DNA of 64,000 nucleotides from Acidobacteriota bacterium (GTDB taxonomy: Bacteria; Acidobacteriota; Vicinamibacteria; Vicinamibacterales; JAKQTR01), in assembly GCA_037133015.1 (NCBI GenBank), contig JBAXOX010000005.1, positions 50,086 to 114,085 on the forward strand, given 5' to 3'. The position numbers and the translations under genes are program-made. Shown piece by piece: positions 26,565 through 35,393 of the stretch. The notes beneath the pieces were generated by a model. That model did not search any database, was not told the DNA's origin, and saw only the letters and a program-made list of their open reading frames with translations. The stretch's first letter is position 1. Each line of letters starts with the position of its first letter.

Positions 26565-27545
26565 TCACGACGCGTTGCGTCCGGCCAGATAGTCGGCCTT
26601 CAGTTCGGCGACGATGTCGGCCACCGATTGAACCCTCGTAGTAGCCCGCACACCCTGCCCGGCCGACCAGATGTCGCGCCAGGCCTTGGCCTCACCCCCG
26701 AGGCTGTTGCGGTGGTCGAACGGTTTCTCGGAGCCAACGCTCAAGGTTTCGGGGTCGAGTCCGGCGTTGACGATGCTCGGCTTCAAGTAGTTGGCGGGCA
26801 CGCCCGTGAAATGTGCGCTCAGCATGACGTCCTCCTCCGTGCTGTCCACCACCATCTGCTTGTACGCGTCGGTGGCCCGACTTTCCTGGGCCGCGATGAA
26901 TCGGGTTCCCAGATACGCGAAATCGGCGCCGAGGACCTCGGCGGCCCGCACGCCACGTCCACTGACAATGCCTCCGCCGAGCACGATCGGGCCGCTGAAG
27001 AAATCGCGAACCGCCGGGACGAACGCGAACGGCGTCACCGCGCCGGCGTGGCCACCCGCGCCAGTGGCCACCACGACCAGTCCGTCGACCCCAGCCTGTG
27101 CGGCCTTCTTCGCGTAGAACACCGAATTGACGTCGGCAAAGACGAGACCGCCGTAGGCGTGCACCGCGTGGACGGCGGCGGCGGGAGTGCCAAGCGCCGT
27201 GATCACGATCTCGGGTTTGAACTGCAGCACCATCTTCAGGTCGTCTTCGGCGCGAGGATTGCTCCGGTGCACGATCAGATTCGCGGCCCACGGAGCCGGC
27301 CGGCCGCCTGCGGCTTCGAAGGCGTCGAGTTCCCCGGCGATGCGCACGAGCCACCGTTCGAGTTCCTCGAGTGGGCGCGCGTTGAGCGTGGGGAAAGATC
27401 CCACCACGCCCGCTTTGCACGCGGCGACGACCAACTCGGGTCCCGAGACGAGAAACATGGGCGCCGCAATTACCGGCACGGCAAGGCGGGCTTTGAGGGC
27501 GGCGACTCGCGAGGCGACGCTGCGGGAATCCGGATTAGTGGCCAT
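26565..27545 (-). CDS. Nitronate monooxygenase (NMO/2-nitropropane dioxygenase, FabK-like FMN TIM barrel)
   Basis: 326-aa ORF with VPVIAAPMFLVSGPELVVAACKAGVVGSFP, VATGAGGHAG and IVLGGGIVSGRGVRAAEVLGADFAYLGTRF, all typical NMO family motifs. Confidence 0.9.
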   Translation of the reverse strand: MATNPDSRSVASRVAALKARLAVPVIAAPMFLVSGPELVVAACKAGVVGSFPTLNARPLEELERWLVRIAGELDAFEAAGGRPAPWAANLIVHRSNPRAEDDLKMVLQFKPEIVITALGTPAAAVHAVHAYGGLVFADVNSVFYAKKAAQAGVDGLVVVATGAGGHAGAVTPFAFVPAVRDFFSGPIVLGGGIVSGRGVRAAEVLGADFAYLGTRFIAAQESRATDAYKQMVVDSTEEDVMLSAHFTGVPANYLKPSIVNAGLDPETLSVGSEKPFDHRNSLGGEAKAWRDIWSAGQGVRATTRVQSVADIVAELKADYLAGRNAS

Positions 27546-27702
27546 AGTGTTGACGCAAGTGGTTCTTCTGCGCTGTTGTCTGCGCGCTCACCGGCAGCGA
27601 CTCCACGAAGATGACGCGCTTCGGCACGTTGAAGGCGGCAATCGACCGGGAGCACCGCGGCCGAAAAGTCCTGTGCGGAGGCTGGGGCATGGTGGCCATC
27701 AA
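27535..27702 (-). pseudogene. Relic (C-terminal about 40 codons) of an AMP-dependent acyl-CoA synthetase/ligase
   Basis: A minus-strand frame not in the track (<60 aa) reads ...RCSRSIAAFNVPKRVIFVESLPVSAQTTAQKNHLRQHYGH*. This matches the ...A.YKVPK.V.FV..LP.T..GK..K..LR C-terminus of adenylate-forming enzymes, but with the GK lysine region degraded. A stop codon lies immediately upstream (27703..27705). Its TAA overlaps the NMO start by 11 nt. Confidence 0.35.
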
Positions 27703-27946
27703 TTATGAAGGCGGAGCGCGGGGTGTCAAGCCCGCGTCGCGCCATTGATCATGTGACCGGGGGGATCATCGTCGCGCCAGAAATCGGGTGACCCACCGAC
27801 CAGGAGGGAGAAGGTGGGAGGAACCAATGTGACCCCAACAGCCCGACAGCAGTATGTGCAACAAATGCGTGATCGCGATGCCGTCGCCGGCCGCAAGGTG
27901 CGCAGCGCCCATTTGACATCCAGGCTCGAACCGCACAGCATCACGC

Positions 27947-28999
27947 GTGGTGCTGTCTGGTGCGTGGATTCGAGGATGTCTCGTGGCGTCGTGCCTCGCG
28001 GCGACGACCGCCGCTGGCATCGGCGCGCGCGACGACGGCCCGGGGCCGGTGGCCGACCACCATATGCACCTGCAAAGCAGTCGGATGGTCGCAGTTCTGG
28101 TACGGCTGAAAGAGACATTCGCGGAGCGTGTCGAGCCTGGGGACCGGGCGCAGTTGGGCGGGGCGGAGGCCGTGGCGGCGCTCGACGCGGCCGGCGCGCG
28201 AAAAGGGGTCGTGGTCTCGGGGGCCTACCTCATCGGGTCGCCGGATATCCGCCTCGACGACGAGCTGGATCAGGTGCGGCAGGAGAACGACTGGACCGCG
28301 TCGCAGGCGGCGCTGTTTCCGTCGCGGCTGGTCGGGTTCTGCAGTGTGAACCCGCTGAAGCCCTATGCGGAAGCCGAGGTGGCGCGCTGCGCGGCCGTCG
28401 GTTTGCGCGGATTGAAGCTGCACTTTACCAATTCGGCGGTCGACGTGTTGAAGGCGCCCGATCTGGAACGGCTGGTGGCGGTGATGGCGAAGGCGAACGG
28501 GCTGGGGCTGCCAATGCTGGTGCACATGCGATCGCGCGCCGACATGTACGGATCGACGCAGGCTCGCGTGTTTGTCGAGCGGGTGCTGCCCGCGGTGCCC
28601 GACGTCCCCGTCGTCATCGCCCATATGGCTGGATGGGGCGGCTACGACCGTGCCACCGATGCGGCGCTCGGGGCGTGTATCGACGCGTGCCGGGCAGCGC
28701 CGCGGTCCTGTCAGCACCTGTGGTTCGAACTGTCGATGTCGGTGCTGCCGGCCACCGCGCGCACCGCGCCTGCAGGAACCTCGCTCCGGGATCTGGCCAA
28801 CGCGCAGGCGAAGTTTCCCGAAGCCAATCAGCGACTCGCGTCGCACATCCTGGCGTTGGGGGCCGGCCGCGTCCTGTTCGGCAGCGACTGGCCCGGGATG
28901 TCGCCGCGGGATGGATTCGACGCGGTTCGACGCATGCTGCCGATCGGGCCGGACCGGCTTCGGACCATCGCGGGCAACGAGGCGCCCTACATGAAGTGA
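27947..28999 (+). CDS. Amidohydrolase-2 family metal-dependent hydrolase (TIM barrel)
   Basis: 350-aa ORF (GTG start) with a signal-like N-terminus, VADHHMHLQS (HxH metal motif), GLKLHFTNS, LVHMRS, VVIAHMAGWGG and VLFGSDWPG, typical of PF04909-type enzymes. Confidence 0.8.
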   Translation: MVLSGAWIRGCLVASCLAATTAAGIGARDDGPGPVADHHMHLQSSRMVAVLVRLKETFAERVEPGDRAQLGGAEAVAALDAAGARKGVVVSGAYLIGSPDIRLDDELDQVRQENDWTASQAALFPSRLVGFCSVNPLKPYAEAEVARCAAVGLRGLKLHFTNSAVDVLKAPDLERLVAVMAKANGLGLPMLVHMRSRADMYGSTQARVFVERVLPAVPDVPVVIAHMAGWGGYDRATDAALGACIDACRAAPRSCQHLWFELSMSVLPATARTAPAGTSLRDLANAQAKFPEANQRLASHILALGAGRVLFGSDWPGMSPRDGFDAVRRMLPIGPDRLRTIAGNEAPYMK

Positions 29000-29021
29000 T
29001 CCCGCCGAACCAACGTCGGAT

Positions 29022-29414
29022 CTATCGCCAGACCGCCTGCGCCACAACCCGGCCACACCAGACTGCACCCAGCGCGAGCACGAGGTGACCGGCCACGTTC
29101 AACCCGGCGGCCACCGGCTGGCCGTCGCGCATCAAATTGACCGTCTCGTTTCCGAACGCCGAGAACGTCGTGTAGCCGCCCAGCACGCCAACCACGGCAA
29201 ACGTGCGGGCGGCGGGCCCAAACACGGCGTGCGTCTCGATCGCCTGGGAGAGGCAGCCGATGACAAAGCACCCAGTGATGTTGACGGCCATGGTGCCGTA
29301 CGGAAACGCGGACGCGGGAAAGGCCGACTGGACGAACCCGCCAATCAGATAGCGAAGCGCGGATCCGACAAAGCCGCCCGCGCCCGCCCACAGCGCCTTT
29401 GTGAGGTCGGTCAT
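29022..29414 (-). CDS. crcB: Fluoride ion channel CrcB/FluC
   Basis: 130-aa four-TM ORF with GGFVGSALRY, NITGCFVIG and GVLGGYTTFSAF motifs. Confidence 0.9.
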   Translation of the reverse strand: MTDLTKALWAGAGGFVGSALRYLIGGFVQSAFPASAFPYGTMAVNITGCFVIGCLSQAIETHAVFGPAARTFAVVGVLGGYTTFSAFGNETVNLMRDGQPVAAGLNVAGHLVLALGAVWCGRVVAQAVWR

Positions 29415-29453
29415 GTCGCGTGTCTCCGTGGATGTGGGAGGCCGCCGCCCAGG

Positions 29454-32165
29454 TCAACGCGCATCCGGCAGAACTCCTCTCACCGTCCTCTGGGTGTAGC
29501 GCGGTGCGCGTTCGCCAATGCCCTCGGCGATCATCAACGAGAAGATCCGCTCCGACTCCGAGAGGATCAGGCGCGAACCATCCCGCGAGAGTCCCAGCGA
29601 CTCGGTAATCCAATCCGGGTCGAAGCCCGCGAACTCCCGCCGCGTCGACGAGGTATCCTTCCCGAACACGAAGTCCTGCACGAAGACGCCGTCGAGCCCC
29701 TGGGTGTTCTGTCCCGTGAATACGACGCGACTCCCGTCGCGGATCCATCGGGAACGGCCCGGAAACACCGACGTCTTCCGCTTGGGATCGGGAAGCACGG
29801 ACAGGATCGTATCGACGCCGTCTTCCAACCGCGCCACGTGCAGCACGGCGTGGGACCGTACCGTGATCAGATAGGTGGCATAGAGCCCGTCGGGTGAGAC
29901 TTCGGGCAACTGGACTTCCCCGGCGACGACCAATTGCGCTTGGCTGCCGTCTGGATGGATCTTCCAAAGCCCGGGATGCCTGCGGTTCGCCGAGGAGTAG
30001 ACGATCCACCGGCCGTCGCGCGTCTGCGTGGGATTCTGCGCATCCTCGCCGTCGTGCGTCACCTGGCGGGCGCCAGAGCCGTCGGGGTTGGACGCCCAGA
30101 CTTCGAGGTGTCCGCTTCGATTCGAACTCCACAGCAGCGTGCCGCCATCCGGAGAAAACGCCGGATCCCAGTCGTCGGCCGGGTCGTCGGTGAGGCTTCG
30201 CACGCTGCCGGTTCGGGTCGAGACCGACCAGAGGTCGAGGTTGCCCGATCGGTTGGAGGAGAAGACGACCCATTCGCCGTCGGGAGACACGATGGGTTGC
30301 CGGTCCGCGATCGTGCCGTGAGTGAGCCAACGCGGGGGCGTGCGGCCATCCAGCGCGTATTCCCGGAGATTCTGACGGCCGCTCATCGCGTCGAACACCA
30401 CGCGCCGGTCCGGAAGCAGGTCGAGCGTGGTGCCGCTGCTGCCCACCCAAAACAGCGAGCGCTGGCGACGCGTCTTGATGTTCTCGACGAATGCTCGAGC
30501 CGAACTCGCGGCGGTGCCCCCGCCCGTGACGGATTCCGCCTGCAGAAACACGATGTCGTCTGCCGACGCCCACGCGGCGCAGGACAGCATGCCGGTATTG
30601 TCGGGGCGAAGTTCCTGGATCGCGCCATCCGGAACCTGCACCAGGAACAGCTTGCGAAACGTGCCGGACGAGATGATCGGAGGCGTGTTGAGAATGATGT
30701 GCTTGCCATCCGGGCTCCATCTCGGGAAGCCGACCAGATCCGCGTCGAAGCGGGCGAGCGGGCGCTCGCTGCCGCCCGCCGCATCAATCATGAACAGCGT
30801 CGATTTCAACGCGTTCGGCTCGCCGCCGAGCCGGACGAAGGCGATCTGCTTTCCGTCCGGGGACCAGTCTCCCTGCTCGGCATGATCGACGACTTTGTGG
30901 GGATCGTTGCCAAGGAGGTTGACGCGGTGCAACGACGTGACGCCGTCCTGCGAATGGATGAACAGGATGGACGTGCCGTCGGGTGAGAAGCGAGGAAAAT
31001 CGTCAGGGCCGGACGTGAGCGCCATCTCGCCGCCGCCCTTCAGCTGCTTGAGCCATATGCGCGGCTGTCCATCTCTGTCCGATGTGAAGGCGAGGGTCTT
31101 CCCGTCGGGACTGACCGCGGGAGAGAAGTCGTGGCCGCTGTACGTCACCAGGCGGATCGCGACGGAGGGCGCGGGTTCGGCGTTCGGTCGCACGTACCAC
31201 ACCAGACCGCAGGCCAGCGCCATCACACCGAGTCCCGCAGCCCACCACATCCACGACGGGCGTCGGGTGTTCGGTCGTGCGTTGGGTGCGCTGCCAGCCT
31301 GCTCAGGCACGTCGAGCGCGGATTCGAGGGCGAACGCCACGTCGTGTGCGCCTTCGAATCGCAGCGCGGGGGCCTTCTCGAAGCAGTGGCCAATGATGCG
31401 TCCCACGGCAGTCGGGATGCGCGGATGGATCGACGAGGAGGGGAGCGGATCATCGTTGAGAATGGCGGACATCGTGTCGGCGGCGGTCTGCCGAACAAAT
31501 GCCGGTCGGCCCGTCATCATCTCGAACAGCACCGCGCCGAAACTGAAGAGATCGGTTCGCGCGTCGACGGGTTCCCCGCGCAGCTGCTCCGGGCTCATAT
31601 ACCCGAGCGTGCCGAGCACGGTGCCGTGCTGGGTGTCGGCAGTCGGTCCGATGGTGCTGGCGGACTCGCTCATCGACGAAGGGCCCGACATCCGTTTGGC
31701 GAGGCCGAAGTCGAGAATCTTGAGTCGCCCGTCCTGAGTGATCCAGAGGTTGTCCGGCTTGAGATCCCGATGGACGACTCCTTTTGAATGGGCCGCGGCG
31801 AGGCCCTGCGCCATCTGGATGGCGAGTTCCATGGCTTTTCGATACGGGATCGGTCCCGCGTCGAGCCGTGCGCGCAGCGATTCACCTTCGAGCAGTTCCA
31901 TCACGACGTACCGCGTGCCTTCGTGTGCCGCGACGTCGTGGATGCCGAGAATGTTGGGATGGTTCAACGCCGCTACGGCTTTGGCCTCACGTTCGAACCG
32001 TGCGAGCGCGTCTGCGTTGGATGCGAGGTGTTCCGGCAACACCTTGATGGCGACGAAGCGATCCAATCGAGGGTCTCTGGCCTTGTAGACCTCACCCATC
32101 CCGCCTGCGCCAATCGGCGTGAGGATGTCGTACGGGCCGAGGCGTGTTCCGGACGTGAGGGTCAT
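29454..32165 (-). CDS. Ser/Thr protein kinase fused to TolB-like PD40 (WD40-like) beta-propeller repeats
   Basis: Trimmed from ORF 29454..32504 to ATG 32165 ([15 protein letters not shown]). Kinase motifs are [34 protein letters not shown] and YMSPEQ. A TM segment follows, then more than 10 repeats of the SPDG-type PD40 motif ([60 protein letters not shown] ...). Confidence 0.9.
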   Translation of the reverse strand: MTLTSGTRLGPYDILTPIGAGGMGEVYKARDPRLDRFVAIKVLPEHLASNADALARFEREAKAVAALNHPNILGIHDVAAHEGTRYVVMELLEGESLRARLDAGPIPYRKAMELAIQMAQGLAAAHSKGVVHRDLKPDNLWITQDGRLKILDFGLAKRMSGPSSMSESASTIGPTADTQHGTVLGTLGYMSPEQLRGEPVDARTDLFSFGAVLFEMMTGRPAFVRQTAADTMSAILNDDPLPSSSIHPRIPTAVGRIIGHCFEKAPALRFEGAHDVAFALESALDVPEQAGSAPNARPNTRRPSWMWWAAGLGVMALACGLVWYVRPNAEPAPSVAIRLVTYSGHDFSPAVSPDGKTLAFTSDRDGQPRIWLKQLKGGGEMALTSGPDDFPRFSPDGTSILFIHSQDGVTSLHRVNLLGNDPHKVVDHAEQGDWSPDGKQIAFVRLGGEPNALKSTLFMIDAAGGSERPLARFDADLVGFPRWSPDGKHIILNTPPIISSGTFRKLFLVQVPDGAIQELRPDNTGMLSCAAWASADDIVFLQAESVTGGGTAASSARAFVENIKTRRQRSLFWVGSSGTTLDLLPDRRVVFDAMSGRQNLREYALDGRTPPRWLTHGTIADRQPIVSPDGEWVVFSSNRSGNLDLWSVSTRTGSVRSLTDDPADDWDPAFSPDGGTLLWSSNRSGHLEVWASNPDGSGARQVTHDGEDAQNPTQTRDGRWIVYSSANRRHPGLWKIHPDGSQAQLVVAGEVQLPEVSPDGLYATYLITVRSHAVLHVARLEDGVDTILSVLPDPKRKTSVFPGRSRWIRDGSRVVFTGQNTQGLDGVFVQDFVFGKDTSSTRREFAGFDPDWITESLGLSRDGSRLILSESERIFSLMIAEGIGERAPRYTQRTVRGVLPDAR

Positions 32166-32376
32166 CTCACCACCGCGGTCCACACCCGCAGCGGGACCCA
32201 ACTCCCGCGGTGGCGCGTTCGAAGGCATTCGGGCTGGCGCTTCATGGAACCTCCTGCGATTGTACGCCATCGTCGCGTCGGCGAATACCGGCGCCACTGA
32301 CCGCCGCGACAGTCCTTCCGCCCCAGACTCGCGCGAGAGGATCCGGACGCCGCACACTGCGGGTAGAATGTGCCGT

Positions 32377-32955
32377 ATGGTGTCATCCAATCCGGTCAGT
32401 GCCCATCGGCCCGGTCTCAACGTGCTGCTGCGGGCGTTCGAATTCGCCGCCGATAAACACCGTGATAAGCGCCGCAAGGGCATTGGCGCGTTGCCGTACA
32501 TCAATCACCTGATAGAAGTGACCTCCACGCTGGCGAACGTCGGGGGCGTGGACGACACGATCGTCTTGATGGCGGCGGTGCTGCACGACACGGTCGAAGA
32601 CACCAAGACGACTCCCGAGGAGATCGAGGCGGCCTTCGGGCGTGAGGTCCGATCGATCGTGCTCGAGGTGACCGACGACAAGAGCCTGCCCAAGGCGGAG
32701 CGGAAACGACTCCAGGTCGAGCATGCGCCTCATCTCTCGGCCGAGGCCAGGATGATCAAACTCGCCGACAAGATTGCCAACGTGAGGGAAGTGAGCGACG
32801 GCCCACCGCCCGACTGGCCGCTGGCGCGTCGGCAGGAATACGCGGACTGGGCCGAGCAGGTCGTGGCCGGCTGCCGCGGCGTCAATCCCGCCTTGGAGGC
32901 GCGATTCGACGAGACGTTGAGGCGAGCGCGCCAGATCGCGGCGCGAGAGGGATAA
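32377..32955 (+). CDS. HD-domain (p)ppGpp-hydrolase-like protein (small alarmone hydrolase / Mesh1-like)
   Basis: Trimmed from ORF 32119..32955. It has [13 protein letters not shown]...[20 protein letters not shown] (the HD motif) and [16 protein letters not shown] (32364..32369) ends 7 nt before ATG 32377, so the mRNA may be leaderless. ATG 32368 is an alternative start. Confidence 0.7.
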   Translation: MVSSNPVSAHRPGLNVLLRAFEFAADKHRDKRRKGIGALPYINHLIEVTSTLANVGGVDDTIVLMAAVLHDTVEDTKTTPEEIEAAFGREVRSIVLEVTDDKSLPKAERKRLQVEHAPHLSAEARMIKLADKIANVREVSDGPPPDWPLARRQEYADWAEQVVAGCRGVNPALEARFDETLRRARQIAAREG

Positions 32956-33019
32956 CGGCCTCTGAGCCCGGCGGACATTTTCGCTTGCGCTACACGCCGG
33001 TTTCGCGGCCAAATGATTC

Positions 33020-33811
33020 ATGCCAGATTGGATCGTTGCGCTGATTCTGGGAATCGTCGAGGGCATCACCGAATTCATTCCGGTCTCGTCGACCGGCCAT
33101 CTCCTGGTGGCTGAACGGTTCCTGCGCGTCGAAAAATCCGACCTCTTCAACATTGTCATTCAGTGCGGCGCGGTGATTGCCGTGCTGCCGCTGTTTCCCG
33201 AGCGGCTTCACAAATTCATGTTCGAGTGGCGCGAGCGCGCCACCCGGGCGTACCTGCTGAAACTGGCAGTGGCCTTCGGCCTCACCGGCGCCGTTGGCTT
33301 TGTGCTCGACAAGAACGGTTTCAAACTGGCCGACAATCCATTCCCGATCGCCGTCGCACTGCTGGTGGGGGGAGTGGCGTTTCTTGCCGCTGAGCGGATG
33401 GTGCGCCAAAAGACTCTCGGCACCGAGATCACCTGGGCCATCGTCGTCGCCGTGGCGGTGGGACAGTTGCTGGCCGGCACGTGCCCGGGCACGTCGCGAT
33501 CCGGTGCCACGATTGTGTTCTGTCTGCTGCTGGGCCTGAGCCGGCCGGCGGCGACGGAGTTCTCCTTCCTGGTCGGCATTCCCACGATGCTCGCGGCAGG
33601 TGGGTGGAAGATCCTCAAGACGATCCGGCATCCAGACGCGTTGGCCCCGAAGGAAGACTGGGGCATGGTCCTGCTCGCGACGGTGGTGGCGGCTGCCGTG
33701 TCGTTTGTCGCCGTCAAGTGGCTGCTGCGCTACGTCCAGACGCACACCTTCAACGCATTCGGCTTCTACCGCATCGTGCTGGCCGCGGCGATCTTCCTGT
33801 TCGTCACGTAA
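33020..33811 (+). CDS. uppP: Undecaprenyl-diphosphate phosphatase
   Basis: 263-aa polytopic ORF with the BacA/UppP signatures GIVEGITEFIPVSSTGHL and PGTSRSGATI. Confidence 0.95.
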   Translation: MPDWIVALILGIVEGITEFIPVSSTGHLLVAERFLRVEKSDLFNIVIQCGAVIAVLPLFPERLHKFMFEWRERATRAYLLKLAVAFGLTGAVGFVLDKNGFKLADNPFPIAVALLVGGVAFLAAERMVRQKTLGTEITWAIVVAVAVGQLLAGTCPGTSRSGATIVFCLLLGLSRPAATEFSFLVGIPTMLAAGGWKILKTIRHPDALAPKEDWGMVLLATVVAAAVSFVAVKWLLRYVQTHTFNAFGFYRIVLAAAIFLFVT

Positions 33812-33828
33812 CTGGCAGATCCTCCGGA

Positions 33829-33870
33829 CCGTCAACCGTCAACCGTCAACCGTCAACCGTCAACCGTCGT
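33829..33870. repeat. Heptanucleotide microsatellite (CCGTCAA)x5 plus one degenerate unit (CCGTCGT)
   Basis: Read directly from the sequence. It starts 18 nt after the uppP stop and lies about 155 nt upstream of the second RND adaptor start (34026). Confidence 0.95.
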
Positions 33871-34025
33871 GCGGCGCGCCGGCTTGAACCCCAGGTGTGT
33901 GCCAGCCTCGGGCCGTGGCGAGGCTGGCGATGTGGCCGGCTGGCCCACGCGTCCGGAACGCGCCGACATCTCACTGCGCCGAGCCCGCGCCGGTACGCAG
34001 TGCGATCGGGCTATACTTCGACCGT

Positions 34026-35381
34026 ATGCTGAAATGTCTTACCCGAGTCGCTCCCCTCGTGACACTGCCGCTGCTGGTGATCGCGTGCTCTGCACCCGGG
34101 AGTGGCGCCGGCGAGGCCGTCGGCGGTGGTCGCGCCGGACGATCGGCCGGACGGGGTGGCGGGTCCGGCCCGGTGCCGGTGGTCACCGCGCGAGTGGTGC
34201 AGAAGGCCGTGCCGGTCGCCCTCGCGGTGATCGGAAGCGCCGAAGCGATCTCGAGCGTGCAAATCCGCGCGCAGGTGACCGGTCAGTTGAGCGCGGTGCG
34301 CTTTGCCGAAGGCCAGGAGGTCGTCGCAGGTCAACCGCTGTTCAGCCTCGATTCGAGGCCGTTGGCGGCGGCCCTTCGGCAGGCTGAAGCCGTCCTCGCC
34401 CGCGATACCGCCACGCTGCAGAATCTGCAGGCCCAGCAGACACGAGCCGAAACCCTTTTCAACCGTGGCCTGATTCCGCGCGACCAGTTCGACAGCCAGC
34501 GATCCAGCTCCGCATCGCTGACGGCGACGGTGGCGGCCGATGCGGCCGCCGTCGAGAGCGCCAGGCTCAACGTCCAGTATGCCGACATCAGATCCCCGAT
34601 CAGCGGCCGAACCGGGGCGCTGGCCGCGCACCTCGGCGATCTGGTGCGAGCCAACGACACGATTCCGCTCGTCATCATCAACCAGCTGTCTCCCATCTAC
34701 GTGACCTTCTCGGTTCCGGGCCGCTACTTGACGGACATTCGCCGCTACCAGGCGCAGAAACCGCTGTCGGTTGTGGCGCGTGAAACCGCGGAGCCGGCGT
34801 CGAGCGCGGCACCCTCCGGAACGATAGGGGCGGCACCGGCACCCTCGACCCCCGGTGGGCGGTCGGCTGTGGCGCGGCCCGACGGGCAGACGCCGATCGT
34901 CACCGGGGTCCTCAGCTTCATCGACAACACCGTGGATTCGACGACGGGAACGATTCGATTGAAGGGGACCTTCCCGAACGCGGATCGTCGGTTGTGGCCG
35001 GGCGCCTTCGTGCAGGTGACGCTCCAGTTAACGGTGGATGCCGACGCGCTGGTTGTGCCGGCCACCGCGGTGCAAGCCTCACAGGACGGCACGTTTGTCT
35101 ACGTGGTGAAAGCCGACCGGACGGTCGAGTTGCGCGTGATCAAGGTCGAGCGGCAATTGGACGATCAGATTGTCGTCGCCGAAGGGGTCGCGGCGGGCGA
35201 AGTGGTGGTGACCGATGGCCAGCTTCGGCTGACATCCGGCGCGACGGTGTCGGAACGGGACGAGGCGGGCGGACCCGGCGCGGCGGGCGGCCGCGCTGGC
35301 GCGAAGCCGGCTGCCGACAGCGGCGGTCCGGCAGGCGCGAAACCGGCACCCGACAAGGTGGGCCGGGCAGGCGCGCGGTAG
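34026..35381 (+). CDS. RND periplasmic adaptor (membrane fusion protein) lipoprotein
   Basis: Trimmed from ORF 33897..35381 to ATG 34026 (MLKCLTRVAPLVTLPLLVIACSAP, a lipobox). It has a coiled-coil hairpin and the motifs ADIRSPISGRTG and IRLKGTFPNADRRLWPGAFVQV. The C-terminal tail is Ala/Gly/Pro-rich. Confidence 0.9.
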   Translation: MLKCLTRVAPLVTLPLLVIACSAPGSGAGEAVGGGRAGRSAGRGGGSGPVPVVTARVVQKAVPVALAVIGSAEAISSVQIRAQVTGQLSAVRFAEGQEVVAGQPLFSLDSRPLAAALRQAEAVLARDTATLQNLQAQQTRAETLFNRGLIPRDQFDSQRSSSASLTATVAADAAAVESARLNVQYADIRSPISGRTGALAAHLGDLVRANDTIPLVIINQLSPIYVTFSVPGRYLTDIRRYQAQKPLSVVARETAEPASSAAPSGTIGAAPAPSTPGGRSAVARPDGQTPIVTGVLSFIDNTVDSTTGTIRLKGTFPNADRRLWPGAFVQVTLQLTVDADALVVPATAVQASQDGTFVYVVKADRTVELRVIKVERQLDDQIVVAEGVAAGEVVVTDGQLRLTSGATVSERDEAGGPGAAGGRAGAKPAADSGGPAGAKPAPDKVGRAGAR

Positions 35382-35393
35382 GTCGAGGCCCCT

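Noticed and set aside
29415-29520. A fluoride riboswitch (crcB motif) expected upstream of crcB.
   Set aside because: Only 39 nt separate crcB from the kinase stop codon. Neither this spacer nor the kinase 3' end shows the conserved crcB-motif core as I recall it (GGxGAUGG...CCGCC...GAUGAUGCCUAC-like). crcB is more likely co-transcribed with the kinase gene. A covariance-model scan (Rfam RF01734) would settle it.
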